From Puniceicoccales bacterium (GTDB lineage Bacteria > Verrucomicrobiota > Verrucomicrobiia > Opitutales > UBA9783): a stretch of 64,000 nucleotides of DNA. Made by a program: the position numbers and the translations under genes. The DNA is taken from assembly GCA_031266455.1 (NCBI GenBank), contig JAISBA010000005.1:91819-155818 (forward strand). The letters are read 5' to 3'. Each line of letters starts with the position of its first letter. Position 1 is the first letter of the stretch. Shown one piece after another: positions 54,412-63,646 of this stretch. The notes beneath the pieces are model-generated. The model saw only the letters and a program-made list of their open reading frames with translations, was not told the origin of the DNA and did not search any database.

Positions 54412-55230
54412 ATGTATCAGCAGTTTTTTGGTTTTAGTGAACATCCGTTTAACATAACGCCGGATCCAAAATTTCTTTACCTAAGTCCAGCGCATAGGGA
54501 AGCACTATCGCATTTGCGCTATGGTATCGAGCAAAGGAAAGGTTTTTTGGTCATTACGGGCGAAGTGGGTTGCGGAAAAACGCTTCTGTGCAGAACACTG
54601 TTACAATCTTTGGACAACTCTATTTTTGAAAGCGCCTGGCTGTATTCGTGTCAAATGTCAACCGAGCAACTCATTCGTAGCGTGCTTAAAGAATTAGAGA
54701 TGCCGATAACAAAACTGCCAGAACACGATCATTTAGACGCCTTAAACGACTTTTTGCTTTCTAAAATTAAGAAAGGCAAAGAAATTTTACTCATCATTGA
54801 TGAAGCGCAAAACTTATCCTACGACTTACTTGAATCCATTCGACTTCTATCCAACCTAGAAACCGAACAGCGGAAATTGTTGCAGATTTTGTTATTGGGG
54901 CAGCCCGAATTCAAATTTAAACTCAATCAATCTCAATTGCGTCAACTAAAACAACGCATCTTAGTCTATTACGAACTTACAACGCTTTCATTGGAAGAAA
55001 CAAAAAATTACATCAATCACCGATTGAGCCTCGTATCCAAACAAGCCGGTTTCCCAAAATTTACCTACGGCGCTTTTAAACGCATCTACAAATATACGCG
55101 AGGTATTCCAAGAGTTATCAATCACCTGTGCGATAAAGCGCTCATATCCGCGTACGCACGCCTAACCAACAAAATTGAAAAAAAAGACATATGCAATGCC
55201 ATTGAAGACATAGAACGTTTGTCCACATAA
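54412..55230 (+). CDS. ExeA/GspA-type AAA ATPase (general secretion pathway protein A-like), ATPase domain only
   Basis: FFGFSEHPFNITPDPKFLYLSPAHREALSHLRYGI is followed by Walker A GEVGCGKT and Walker B LLIIDEAQNL, the ExeA-family architecture. No C-terminal peptidoglycan-binding domain is present. Confidence 0.85.
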   Translation: MYQQFFGFSEHPFNITPDPKFLYLSPAHREALSHLRYGIEQRKGFLVITGEVGCGKTLLCRTLLQSLDNSIFESAWLYSCQMSTEQLIRSVLKELEMPITKLPEHDHLDALNDFLLSKIKKGKEILLIIDEAQNLSYDLLESIRLLSNLETEQRKLLQILLLGQPEFKFKLNQSQLRQLKQRILVYYELTTLSLEETKNYINHRLSLVSKQAGFPKFTYGAFKRIYKYTRGIPRVINHLCDKALISAYARLTNKIEKKDICNAIEDIERLST

Positions 55231-55234
55231 TTCC

Positions 55235-56398
55235 ATGAGTAGGTTATTCAAAAATTTACAGGATACACAATACGAACAATCCTCATTCGGTAGGTACCAT
55301 CCCTACGTTTACCGAACGATACCTCTTAAATATTCGTCTCGAAAACGCTTTGGTATCTTCTTCTGCTTCGTCCTCTTTCTGGCATGCGTTCTCTTAAGTG
55401 GCTATTTCCTATGCAGTCATTACTTTCCAAAAACAGATTTGCCCACAGACGTAGAAAATACCAAACACACGATTTCTATCACAACGAAACCTATTGAATT
55501 AAACGCCACACATTTACAAATTCAGCCGCTACCCACGACAACTTCCGACGTTCCTCGCAAAGTACGCACCAAGATCCATACAAACCCCATACACAAACCT
55601 TCAATTCCAAATGTGCATAGATTTTTCAAATCCATTGAAATAGCCCAATCACCTCGGGCAATTCCATCGGTTAAAACTTCATCCATTAGACCTGTGGAAA
55701 TATCACCTCAACCCATAGAAATTCTTAAAGACCCATCTCAGTGGAATTTGTATAAAATAGAACAAATTCAAACAAAGCTTTCGCAATTTTTTACCTATTG
55801 TCAATCCGTACAACCCTTTGTGGCTCAAAGATTATCAACTTCATTGCGTGCATTAAAAACTTTCACGCGGCATGTGGCCCATCGGCATTCGCTAGAAAAA
55901 TTTTACCGCCAAGGTTCCTGGCTTTCATTAAATGCATATCCAATGGAAACATTAACATCCCTGTGGTATGACTTTTTAAATTATACAACATCCCTATTTG
56001 AAGGGACATCAAAAGTTATCGCCTTAGCCCAGCAACAGATCCTTAATGGATATCTCAATACACCTCTATCGCCCGCCCAAGAGGTCCAATCCAATGTTGG
56101 CATTGCTTCGAAGCCTACCTCTACCTTATCTCCAAGAAAAATGAATCCGCATATCAATGAGAAAATGAACAGCAAAGATCATCTGGATTCCATTTACACG
56201 TTATTGCATCAGATTAAAATTTACAGTGTACGTATCGATGGAGATGCGTCCAAAGTTAACCTCAATGGACATGTATACTATCCGCACACCTTTGTCTCAC
56301 AGTCCCCCAAACTACAATTTGTAGGTATCCAACAAAACGAACTTATTTTCTGCGATGAATACAATCAAGAATTCCGTAAAAAAATCTCAAACAACTAA
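55235..56398 (+). CDS. single-pass membrane protein, GspB-like C-terminus (paralog 1)
   Basis: TM helix FGIFFCFVLFLACVLLSGYFLC. The C-terminal block IKIYSVRIDGDASKVNLNGHVYYPHTFV...LQFVGIQQNELIFCDEYNQEF resembles the T2SS GspB C-terminal pattern. It starts 4 nt after the exeA-like stop. Confidence 0.5.
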   Translation: MSRLFKNLQDTQYEQSSFGRYHPYVYRTIPLKYSSRKRFGIFFCFVLFLACVLLSGYFLCSHYFPKTDLPTDVENTKHTISITTKPIELNATHLQIQPLPTTTSDVPRKVRTKIHTNPIHKPSIPNVHRFFKSIEIAQSPRAIPSVKTSSIRPVEISPQPIEILKDPSQWNLYKIEQIQTKLSQFFTYCQSVQPFVAQRLSTSLRALKTFTRHVAHRHSLEKFYRQGSWLSLNAYPMETLTSLWYDFLNYTTSLFEGTSKVIALAQQQILNGYLNTPLSPAQEVQSNVGIASKPTSTLSPRKMNPHINEKMNSKDHLDSIYTLLHQIKIYSVRIDGDASKVNLNGHVYYPHTFVSQSPKLQFVGIQQNELIFCDEYNQEFRKKISNN

Positions 56399-57269
56399 AG
56401 CTCCTAAAAAAGCCTCTAAAGCTACTGCCAGCTCAGAAGTTTTACCGCAATTGGAATCGATGGATGATTCCCATGATGACAATGCAACGTCTTTTGTGGA
56501 ACGTAGCGTGCTAAATCGAAAAAATATCTCATGGGTATTTTTAAGCATGCTTTCAATAACATGTCTTGGCTTGATTTTTGTCTACCTCTATAAAAATCGT
56601 AATTTGATTACCTCCAATGACTCATATGTTGCGGACGCTTCCGATCATCAGGTATTTCTATCGGATCCTGCCTCCAATAAAATTTTAGAAACCATATTCG
56701 AAGATCGTGAAGTGGGTGCTTGTGTGGCAACCGAATCCTCCAATAAGCGAAATACGCCTGAAGCAATACTCAATCCGCCGATTGAAAAAACAATCGCAGC
56801 CAACGAAGACCACGAACATATATTACCCACAGATTCATCCAAAAAACAATCTCAAGAACCAAAACCCAACCTCAATAATCTTCCTCTGGATTCGAATAAC
56901 CTGTTTGCTCGCCTAAATGAAGAATGGATACGAGACGGCTTTGATACCCAGGAAGAGAATTTTGTGGAATCGCAAACAGGACAAGAATTCTCGAAGCGCA
57001 TGGATGCTTTATTCAAAAATCAAAAAAAGGAGGCTCTCCAGGCGCATACGGGCAATAACGTTTCCATACGTGATTGGCTTTACCAACAACATATTCAAGG
57101 GATTGCCTATAAAGGCTTTGACAGTTGCCTGATCATTAATTCAAAAGTTTTTCACATAGGCGATGTGGTCAATGCACCCCTAAATGTTGTCTGGAGCGAT
57201 ATAGATCCCGTGGAAAAAAAGTTATATTTCGAAGATGCCCTGGGCAATTCCTACGTATCCAACTATTAA
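56355..57269 (+). CDS. single-pass membrane protein, GspB-like C-terminus (paralog 2)
   Basis: TM helix ISWVFLSMLSITCLGLIFVYLY. The C-terminal block IQGIAYKGFDSCLIINSKVFHIGDVVNAPLNVVWSDIDPVEKKLYFEDALGNSY has the same layout as the upstream gene. The start is uncertain, with an alternative ATG at 56460. Confidence 0.5.
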   Translation: MNTIKNSVKKSQTTKAPKKASKATASSEVLPQLESMDDSHDDNATSFVERSVLNRKNISWVFLSMLSITCLGLIFVYLYKNRNLITSNDSYVADASDHQVFLSDPASNKILETIFEDREVGACVATESSNKRNTPEAILNPPIEKTIAANEDHEHILPTDSSKKQSQEPKPNLNNLPLDSNNLFARLNEEWIRDGFDTQEENFVESQTGQEFSKRMDALFKNQKKEALQAHTGNNVSIRDWLYQQHIQGIAYKGFDSCLIINSKVFHIGDVVNAPLNVVWSDIDPVEKKLYFEDALGNSYVSNY

Positions 57270-57290
57270 CGTTCGATGTATTGCAGCCCA

Positions 57291-57365
57291 ACGCATGCAT
57301 TAAAAAGCATGTGGCCTACAGGTATTCACTAGAAAAATTTTACCGCCAAGGCTCTTGGGTTTCGT
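57291..57365 (+). repeat. intergenic duplicate of an internal fragment of gene 55235..56398 (copy of about 55846..55927)
   Basis: GCATGCATTAAAAAGCATGTGGCCTACAGGTATTCACTAGAAAAATTTTACCGCCAAGGCTCTTGGGTTTC matches GCGTGCATTAAAAAC(+9 nt)CATGTGGCCCATCGGCATTCGCTAGAAAAATTTTACCGCCAAGGTTCCTGGCTTTC. Confidence 0.75.
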
Positions 57366-57521
57366 GAATAGATTTTTAAGATCCCCAAATGTAAATCTAT
57401 CTGCCAAGCAAAGTCTGACAGCTCGGTCATCATTGCTTAAAACGGATTCCTAGGGCCGAGTATCACTTTTAGAAATACTCTAACCTCTACTTTATACCCA
57501 CATCATGCATGTTGAGTAGCT

Positions 57522-57857
57522 CTACTGAGTCATTAGGTTTTGCTTTCGTCTGATTTTTAATAAATGCGAACGACGTCTAATCTTTCGTTGTAGTTTTTCC
57601 ACCAAGGCATCGACCGCTTTGTACAAATTTTCTGAGTGAACGGCAACCACGAGATCGGGGCCTTGGATTTGAATATGCCCTTTGGCCATAAATTCTCCCT
57701 GATCTTTTTTGCTTGTATCCTGAATCAATTCAACACGTACACGAACGATGGAGGGTTCATGTTTAAATAATTTAGAAACCTTTTCGGTAACAATATTTTT
57801 CATTGCGTCTGTGAGCGTCAAATGCACACCCGTAATGATAATGGCTGATTCATTCAT
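57522..57857 (-). CDS. hpf: ribosome hibernation promoting factor / sigma-54 modulation protein family (short HPF)
   Basis: IIITGVHLTLTDAMKNIVTEKVSKLFKH...VRVEL...AKGHIQIQGPDLVVAVHSENLYKAVDALVEKLQRKI fits the S30AE/HPF pattern. Start at ATG 57857. Confidence 0.85.
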   Translation of the reverse strand: MNESAIIITGVHLTLTDAMKNIVTEKVSKLFKHEPSIVRVRVELIQDTSKKDQGEFMAKGHIQIQGPDLVVAVHSENLYKAVDALVEKLQRKIRRRSHLLKIRRKQNLMTQ

Positions 57858-58153
57858 GATGAAAAATTTTACGTTTCGTGCGGGAATAGGCAATGTTTTA
57901 TTGGGGGTAATTTTTAACGTATCCACCTACCGACAGGGCTAAAATTATGTAGACATAGGTAAAGCTTTTCAATGCTCCTCAACGAAATGAATTTAACGAT
58001 AGGCATTCCATTCTTTGTAACAATTATGTACATTTTATATCGCTCGGAATTGTGCATAAAATGTTGACCATTCGGTCGATGATGAAAAATATATCCATAT
58101 TTTTATGATGATTAGAGATTGATTTAAAAGCGTGTATCTGATTAGTTGACTCA

Positions 58154-60727
58154 ATGACCGTTCGATGTTCGCAGTATGATTTTCAAGCCATAGAACATTA
58201 TTGGCAAGATTTCTGGTTGAAACAGAAGACTTTTAAGGCACAAGACGGTGGTGTAGCTCCCAAGTATTACGTTTTGGATATGTTCCCTTATCCTTCGGGA
58301 GCAGGCTTGCATATTGGGCATCCGGAAGGTTATACGGCTTCAGATATTCTTGGAAGATATAAAAAAGCAAAGGGATTTAACGTGCTCCATCCGATGGGAT
58401 GGGATGCTTTTGGATTGCCTGCGGAGCAACACGCGATTACGACCGGTATACATCCCGCCGTGAATACGGAGAAAAATATCGAAAATTTTCGAAATCAGAT
58501 ACAAAGGTTAGGATTTGCCATCGACTGGGATCGTGAAATTAGCACCACGTGGCCTAGTTATTATCGTTGGACACAGTGGATATTTTTACAATTATTTAAG
58601 CATGGTTTAGCCTATGTGGATGAAAAACCCGTTTGGTGGTGTCCTATGTTGGAAACCGTATTGGCCAACGAAGAGGTGATAGGTGGCAAGTCGGAGCGCG
58701 GTAGTTTCCCCGTAGAGCGTCGACAATTACGTCAATGGGTACTTCGCATTACGCATTACGGAGATAAACTTTTGGATGGACTCAAAGATTTGGACTGGCC
58801 AGAAGCTACAAAGCGACAACAAAGCTTATGGATTGGGCGTTCCGAAGGTGGCCTCATTGAATTTCCCCTAGAAGGAAGTGACCGCAGTGTGGCAGTATTT
58901 ACAACGCGCCCTGATACGATTTGCGGCGTTTCATTTATTGCTTTGGCACCGGAGCATCCGGATGTGACTCTTTTAACCACAGACGATCGCCAAGCTGAAA
59001 TTCAAGCCTACTGTGCGTCGGTAACTTCCAAAAGTGATTTGGAACGCACCGATTTATCGGAAGGTAAATCGGGAATCTTTACGGGCAAATACGTTTTAAA
59101 TCCGTTAACGGGTACTCGTGTTCCCATTTGGATTTCGGATTACGTACTACCCTACCATGGTACAGGGTCTATCATGGGCGTACCGGCTCACGACAAAAGA
59201 GATTTCGAGTTCGCTCAAACGTATCTTTTGGAAATCAAGCCCGTATTACATTCGGAAAAAGAGACCGATACGTTGCCTTTTTGCGATGAAGGCATACTGA
59301 TTCATTCGGGTGACTTCAGTGGTTTAACCTCGCAGAAAGCCCAGAACAAAATTTTGGAATATCTAGAAAAAATCGGTCGCGGTAAAAAGATCGTACAATA
59401 TAAGCTGCACGACTGGTTGTTCTCTAGGCAGCGTTATTGGGGTGAACCTTTCCCCATTGTATGGGTCAAGCAAGTGGATTATCATCGCATCGTCAGTTGT
59501 AAAAATAGTCCGTTTAAAGAATTTTTACCCAAAGAAACGGTAAGTTATCGGAAGCAAGGAGAAACTTGGTGTGCGCTACCTCTAGCGACTGCCCACTTGC
59601 CGGTGCAATTACCCGATGTGTCTTCTTTTAAACCAACCCAAGAATCTCCAATCCCTTTGCAAAATGCGCATAAATCTTGGTTAAATGTGAAAATTAATGT
59701 TCAAACGGGCGAAGTAGCCGCTGCCGACGGTCAATTGGATGAGGCGTGGATTGAAGCCACAAGAGAAACCAACACAATGCCCCAGTGGGCGGGATCCTGT
59801 TGGTACTATTTGCGCTATTTATCGCCGCATGATGAAAATGCCCTCGTCAGCAAGCAGGCAGAAGCCTATTGGGGAGTCCCTGATTTTTACATAGGTGGAG
59901 CCGAACATGCGGTACTGCATTTGCTGTATGCACGTTTTTGGCATCTATTTTTATTTGATATAGGGGTATTGAATACAAAAGAGCCTTTCCCAAAATTGTT
60001 TCATCCGGGTATTATTCTTGGAACGGATGGCAGTAAGATGTCTAAAAGTAGAGGAAACGTCGTAAATCCAGATACCATTGTTGCGCAATACGGTGCGGAT
60101 ACCTTACGTTTATACGAAATGTTTTTGGGGCCTCTGGAAGCTTCAAAACCGTGGAGCGTACAAAATATCGAAGGGGTACACCGATTTCTAAAAAAAGTTT
60201 GGCGCATATACGTGGATACGGAAGGTCAGATTTCTAAGAAAATTTGTGATCAAGAAGACTTCCAAGAGATACAGCGTCTGTTAGATGAAACCATTGAAAA
60301 AACCAGCGAAGATATTGAGAATTTACGCTTTAACACGGCTATTTCACAACTCATGATCTTTCTTAACAGCGTACAGAAGGTAGCCTTTATTTCTCGGCAA
60401 ACGGCCAAAGTATTTTTGCAATTGTTGGCACCTTTCGCGCCGCATATAGCTGAGGAACTTTGGGCACGCTTGAGAGAAGATAAAAGTATTTCGGAAGCCC
60501 AATGGCCGTCTTTATCGACCCATAAATGGGTTCAAGCGCAAATAAAGATTGTTGTGCAGGTCAATGGTAAAGTACGCGATGAAATTTTGGTCCATACGAA
60601 CGATACCCAAGACCAAGTCATCCAAATGGCCAAAGTAGCACCGAAAGTTCTTCCTTATTTGGAACGAGGGACTTGCGTCAGAGAAATTTATGTGCCTCGT
60701 AAATTAATCAACCTAGTTGTGCGTTGA
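58154..60727 (+). CDS. leuS: leucine--tRNA ligase
   Basis: MFPYPSGAGLHIGHPEGY (HIGH), the CP1 editing domain and KMSKSRGN (KMSKS). Confidence 0.95.
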   Translation: MTVRCSQYDFQAIEHYWQDFWLKQKTFKAQDGGVAPKYYVLDMFPYPSGAGLHIGHPEGYTASDILGRYKKAKGFNVLHPMGWDAFGLPAEQHAITTGIHPAVNTEKNIENFRNQIQRLGFAIDWDREISTTWPSYYRWTQWIFLQLFKHGLAYVDEKPVWWCPMLETVLANEEVIGGKSERGSFPVERRQLRQWVLRITHYGDKLLDGLKDLDWPEATKRQQSLWIGRSEGGLIEFPLEGSDRSVAVFTTRPDTICGVSFIALAPEHPDVTLLTTDDRQAEIQAYCASVTSKSDLERTDLSEGKSGIFTGKYVLNPLTGTRVPIWISDYVLPYHGTGSIMGVPAHDKRDFEFAQTYLLEIKPVLHSEKETDTLPFCDEGILIHSGDFSGLTSQKAQNKILEYLEKIGRGKKIVQYKLHDWLFSRQRYWGEPFPIVWVKQVDYHRIVSCKNSPFKEFLPKETVSYRKQGETWCALPLATAHLPVQLPDVSSFKPTQESPIPLQNAHKSWLNVKINVQTGEVAAADGQLDEAWIEATRETNTMPQWAGSCWYYLRYLSPHDENALVSKQAEAYWGVPDFYIGGAEHAVLHLLYARFWHLFLFDIGVLNTKEPFPKLFHPGIILGTDGSKMSKSRGNVVNPDTIVAQYGADTLRLYEMFLGPLEASKPWSVQNIEGVHRFLKKVWRIYVDTEGQISKKICDQEDFQEIQRLLDETIEKTSEDIENLRFNTAISQLMIFLNSVQKVAFISRQTAKVFLQLLAPFAPHIAEELWARLREDKSISEAQWPSLSTHKWVQAQIKIVVQVNGKVRDEILVHTNDTQDQVIQMAKVAPKVLPYLERGTCVREIYVPRKLINLVVR

Positions 60728-61570
60728 ATGCATTTATCGAAATTTTTACCTGAAGATTTTGATCCCACCGACAAAGTGGTTTTATTGGCCGGAAAAGGAG
60801 ATTATCCAAAACTGGTTTGGCATCGTTTTCTGAGTTATCACTTAAACGCTTACATCATTGCATTCGAAGGAGATGCAGAGAATTGGATAAATGAAGTTCC
60901 GGAACCCCAAAAGACATCTCTCAACGTAGGCCAGATCGGTAAATTATTGAAGACACTTAAGCAGGTGGGGGCGCGCTACGTTTTCCTGGCAGGTCAGATT
61001 AACCCAAGTAAACTATTTCATGGATTGAAACTGGACTTAATGGCCGTTTGGTTGTTAGCCAGGCTGAAAGAAAAAAATGCATCCACCATTTTTGGGAGTA
61101 TTGTGTACGAAATTGAAAAATTAGGTATTACCGTATTGGATGCAAGAAGTTTTCTCGATGACCAATTAATTGACAAAGGGATTGTATTGGGCGATAGGGC
61201 CGTTGAAATTTCTGAACACGATTTACAACAAGGTATTTTGGTGGCAAAAACTTTATCTTCTCTAGATGTCGGCCAGGGGGTGGTCATATGCCAAGGAACT
61301 ATCGTTGCGGTAGAAGCTTTTGAAGGGACGAACGCCATGTTGGAGCGTGCGGGTACGCTTTGTCAAAAACCTATGGGGTTTATTAAATTGGCAAAAAATA
61401 AACAAGATTTTCGCTTTGACGTCCCCGTATTTGGATTAAGAACTTTAGAAAAAATGAAGCAGGCAGGCATTGCTTGGGTAGCTTTAGAAGGCGAAAAAAC
61501 GCTTATTTTAAATCAAACGCAAGTATTAGAACAGGCAAAGTCTTGGGGCATAAAATTAATAGGATTTTAA
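60728..61570 (+). CDS. lpxI: UDP-2,3-diacylglucosamine diphosphatase LpxI (DUF1009) family
   Basis: LDVGQGVVICQGTIVAVEAFEGTNAMLERAG and KQDFRFDVPVFGLRTLEKMKQAGIAWVALEGEKTLIL match the LpxI C-terminal domain pattern. The ATG directly abuts the leuS stop. Confidence 0.8.
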   Translation: MHLSKFLPEDFDPTDKVVLLAGKGDYPKLVWHRFLSYHLNAYIIAFEGDAENWINEVPEPQKTSLNVGQIGKLLKTLKQVGARYVFLAGQINPSKLFHGLKLDLMAVWLLARLKEKNASTIFGSIVYEIEKLGITVLDARSFLDDQLIDKGIVLGDRAVEISEHDLQQGILVAKTLSSLDVGQGVVICQGTIVAVEAFEGTNAMLERAGTLCQKPMGFIKLAKNKQDFRFDVPVFGLRTLEKMKQAGIAWVALEGEKTLILNQTQVLEQAKSWGIKLIGF

Positions 61571-62386
61571 ATGAAGTATACGATAATTCAGACAGCTTAT
61601 TGGTCTACGATTCGAAAATTAAGTGAAAATTTCGATGCACAAACTTTATTTGTTTGGGACGTGGACGGAACCTTAATATATTCAAACGATGTTGTTTTTT
61701 ATCCACAATGTTTAGTATTAGATGCGAAGGACTTTTGTACGGACCCCACAAAGAAAAATGGCGTCAATGATAGACAATTGAGTCAAAATCGCTGGTATCA
61801 TGTGTGGCGTTCTTTGCCGTTTACTTTGATGGATCCCAGCGTTTCCGAGACAATTCGAAATTTGCAGGCTCGCAACATTTGCAACATGGCCTTAACCTTT
61901 TTAATTGTACGCAGCCTGGAAGGTAAGGATTTTGTTCAATGGCGCCTAGACCAATTAAAAAAGTTAGGCATCGATTTTAGTTCGGCTTTTGGAAATTACG
62001 CGGAAGTCCACCTGGAAGAAATTTTGCAGGAAGACGGATTGGAAGTATCTAAAGAAAAATGGATATATGCGCCTACTTATAAAAATGGCGTTCTACTGAC
62101 GCATAATTTTAGTAAAGGTCGATGTCTAGGCACCCTGCTTAAACGTTTAAACTTCGTACCCGAGAGAATCTTTTTTGTGGATGATATGGAAGAAAATGTA
62201 TCGTCGGTAGGACAGCTGTGCAGAGAGTTAGGTATAGATTTTGTGGGCATTCACTACACCGGGTTTGACAATTTACCTTACGTAGACACTTGGTCGGGGA
62301 AAATGGCTAGGGACAAATGGGAAACATTTTCTAAAACCGGTAAATGGCCTCTACCGCCCCATACTGAAGGTGTTATTGTTGAGTAA
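61571..62386 (+). CDS. HAD-superfamily-like hydrolase (DUF2608-like)
   Basis: HAD motif I FVWDVDGTL and motif IV-like FFVDDMEENV. The ATG directly abuts the lpxI stop. Confidence 0.6.
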   Translation: MKYTIIQTAYWSTIRKLSENFDAQTLFVWDVDGTLIYSNDVVFYPQCLVLDAKDFCTDPTKKNGVNDRQLSQNRWYHVWRSLPFTLMDPSVSETIRNLQARNICNMALTFLIVRSLEGKDFVQWRLDQLKKLGIDFSSAFGNYAEVHLEEILQEDGLEVSKEKWIYAPTYKNGVLLTHNFSKGRCLGTLLKRLNFVPERIFFVDDMEENVSSVGQLCRELGIDFVGIHYTGFDNLPYVDTWSGKMARDKWETFSKTGKWPLPPHTEGVIVE

Positions 62387-62471
62387 ATGTATGGGATATC
62401 ATGTTAAAAAACAAAGATATGCCCAAAAAGCGCAAAGGCGTTTTTAGCTGTCTCAATGTTGCAGAGATACA

Positions 62472-63482
62472 CTACGCATGTAAACACAAGGATCTTAAAA
62501 CGGATTGAATGCGTTCCTGCACGTTTTGAATATCCTGCATGCTCGTGTTCTTTAAAATGTAAGCTAAGGATGCGTTGTTGGTACCATCTGCATTGTCTGT
62601 GATATAAAGGTGTGCATTTTCAATTTTTTCGTATTCGGATAAAAATTGACGTGCCTTAAGTAAAAAGCCATTGGATTGGTCGACGGACATAGAGATGTTG
62701 AGTCGAAAAGTCTGCTGAACGTGCAAATTTGAGAAGTCGGACCAATTGTCAATCCATTCGTTAACGAGTACATTATTGGGGATGGAAAGGCAGGTATCGG
62801 CCTTCGTTATCAGGCGTGTGGAACGTAGTCCAATGCTTTGAACCTGCCCCGAAGCTCTAGTGCCAACGACAATCCAATCGCCCACTTTAAAGGGCTGGTC
62901 GAATAAAATGGAAATGGTCCCCCAAAGGTTGGCAAATGTATCTCGCGAAGCAAGAGCAATGGCGGCTCCGCCTACACCCAAGGTGGTTAAAAGTCCACCC
63001 AGAGCGTAACCTAAATTATTGGCCGCTACGATAAGGCCAACTGCCACGCAGCACGTCCATAATAATTTTTGTGCCGTTGCGAAAAAATTGCCCCAAATTG
63101 AGAGATTTTTTGAAGAAAACTGCTTTAAAAACAGCAATATACCCAATCCACCACATTCTCCCAAAAATAAAAAGAAACAAAAGCTTGAGCCACTACGCAG
63201 TAGTTTTGAAAAGCAGTCCAGACCTAGGTGTTCACTCCATTGCAGCAAAGAAAAGAATAACCACAGTAAAAAACATCTGGATTTTATAAAATGTATGCGC
63301 TCTAAGCGGTCATTGGATGGAATAATTTGAAAAAAATTAATTTTCTCCAGGCGCCTAAAAGTATAAGCAATTAGGCAAAAACCTATAAGAAAAATGAATA
63401 CCCATGCAAGCATACTTTGTTGCATTTGCCATCCATGTAACCCTGAATTGAAGTAATCCTGTACAAATTGCCACGTCTGCAT
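62472..63482 (-). CDS. MscS-family mechanosensitive channel
   Basis: N-terminal TM helices are followed by NLWGTISILFDQPFKVGDWIVVG...GQVQSIGLRSTRLIT, the conserved MscS pore/beta-domain block. Confidence 0.85.
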   Translation of the reverse strand: MQTWQFVQDYFNSGLHGWQMQQSMLAWVFIFLIGFCLIAYTFRRLEKINFFQIIPSNDRLERIHFIKSRCFLLWLFFSLLQWSEHLGLDCFSKLLRSGSSFCFFLFLGECGGLGILLFLKQFSSKNLSIWGNFFATAQKLLWTCCVAVGLIVAANNLGYALGGLLTTLGVGGAAIALASRDTFANLWGTISILFDQPFKVGDWIVVGTRASGQVQSIGLRSTRLITKADTCLSIPNNVLVNEWIDNWSDFSNLHVQQTFRLNISMSVDQSNGFLLKARQFLSEYEKIENAHLYITDNADGTNNASLAYILKNTSMQDIQNVQERIQSVLRSLCLHA

Positions 63483-63646
63483 AAGTTAAAATAAAGGTTT
63501 TAGGCTTATTTTTTGCAACGTTTATCTGCGTTTTTATGGCTGCGAAAAACATTGGGTGGCATAATAAGTTATGGAACATTTCTGCTATGGATATGAATGA
63601 AGTAAGGCAAATTACAAGGGTGTAATTCGCCTCATTGTGCTTTTAA

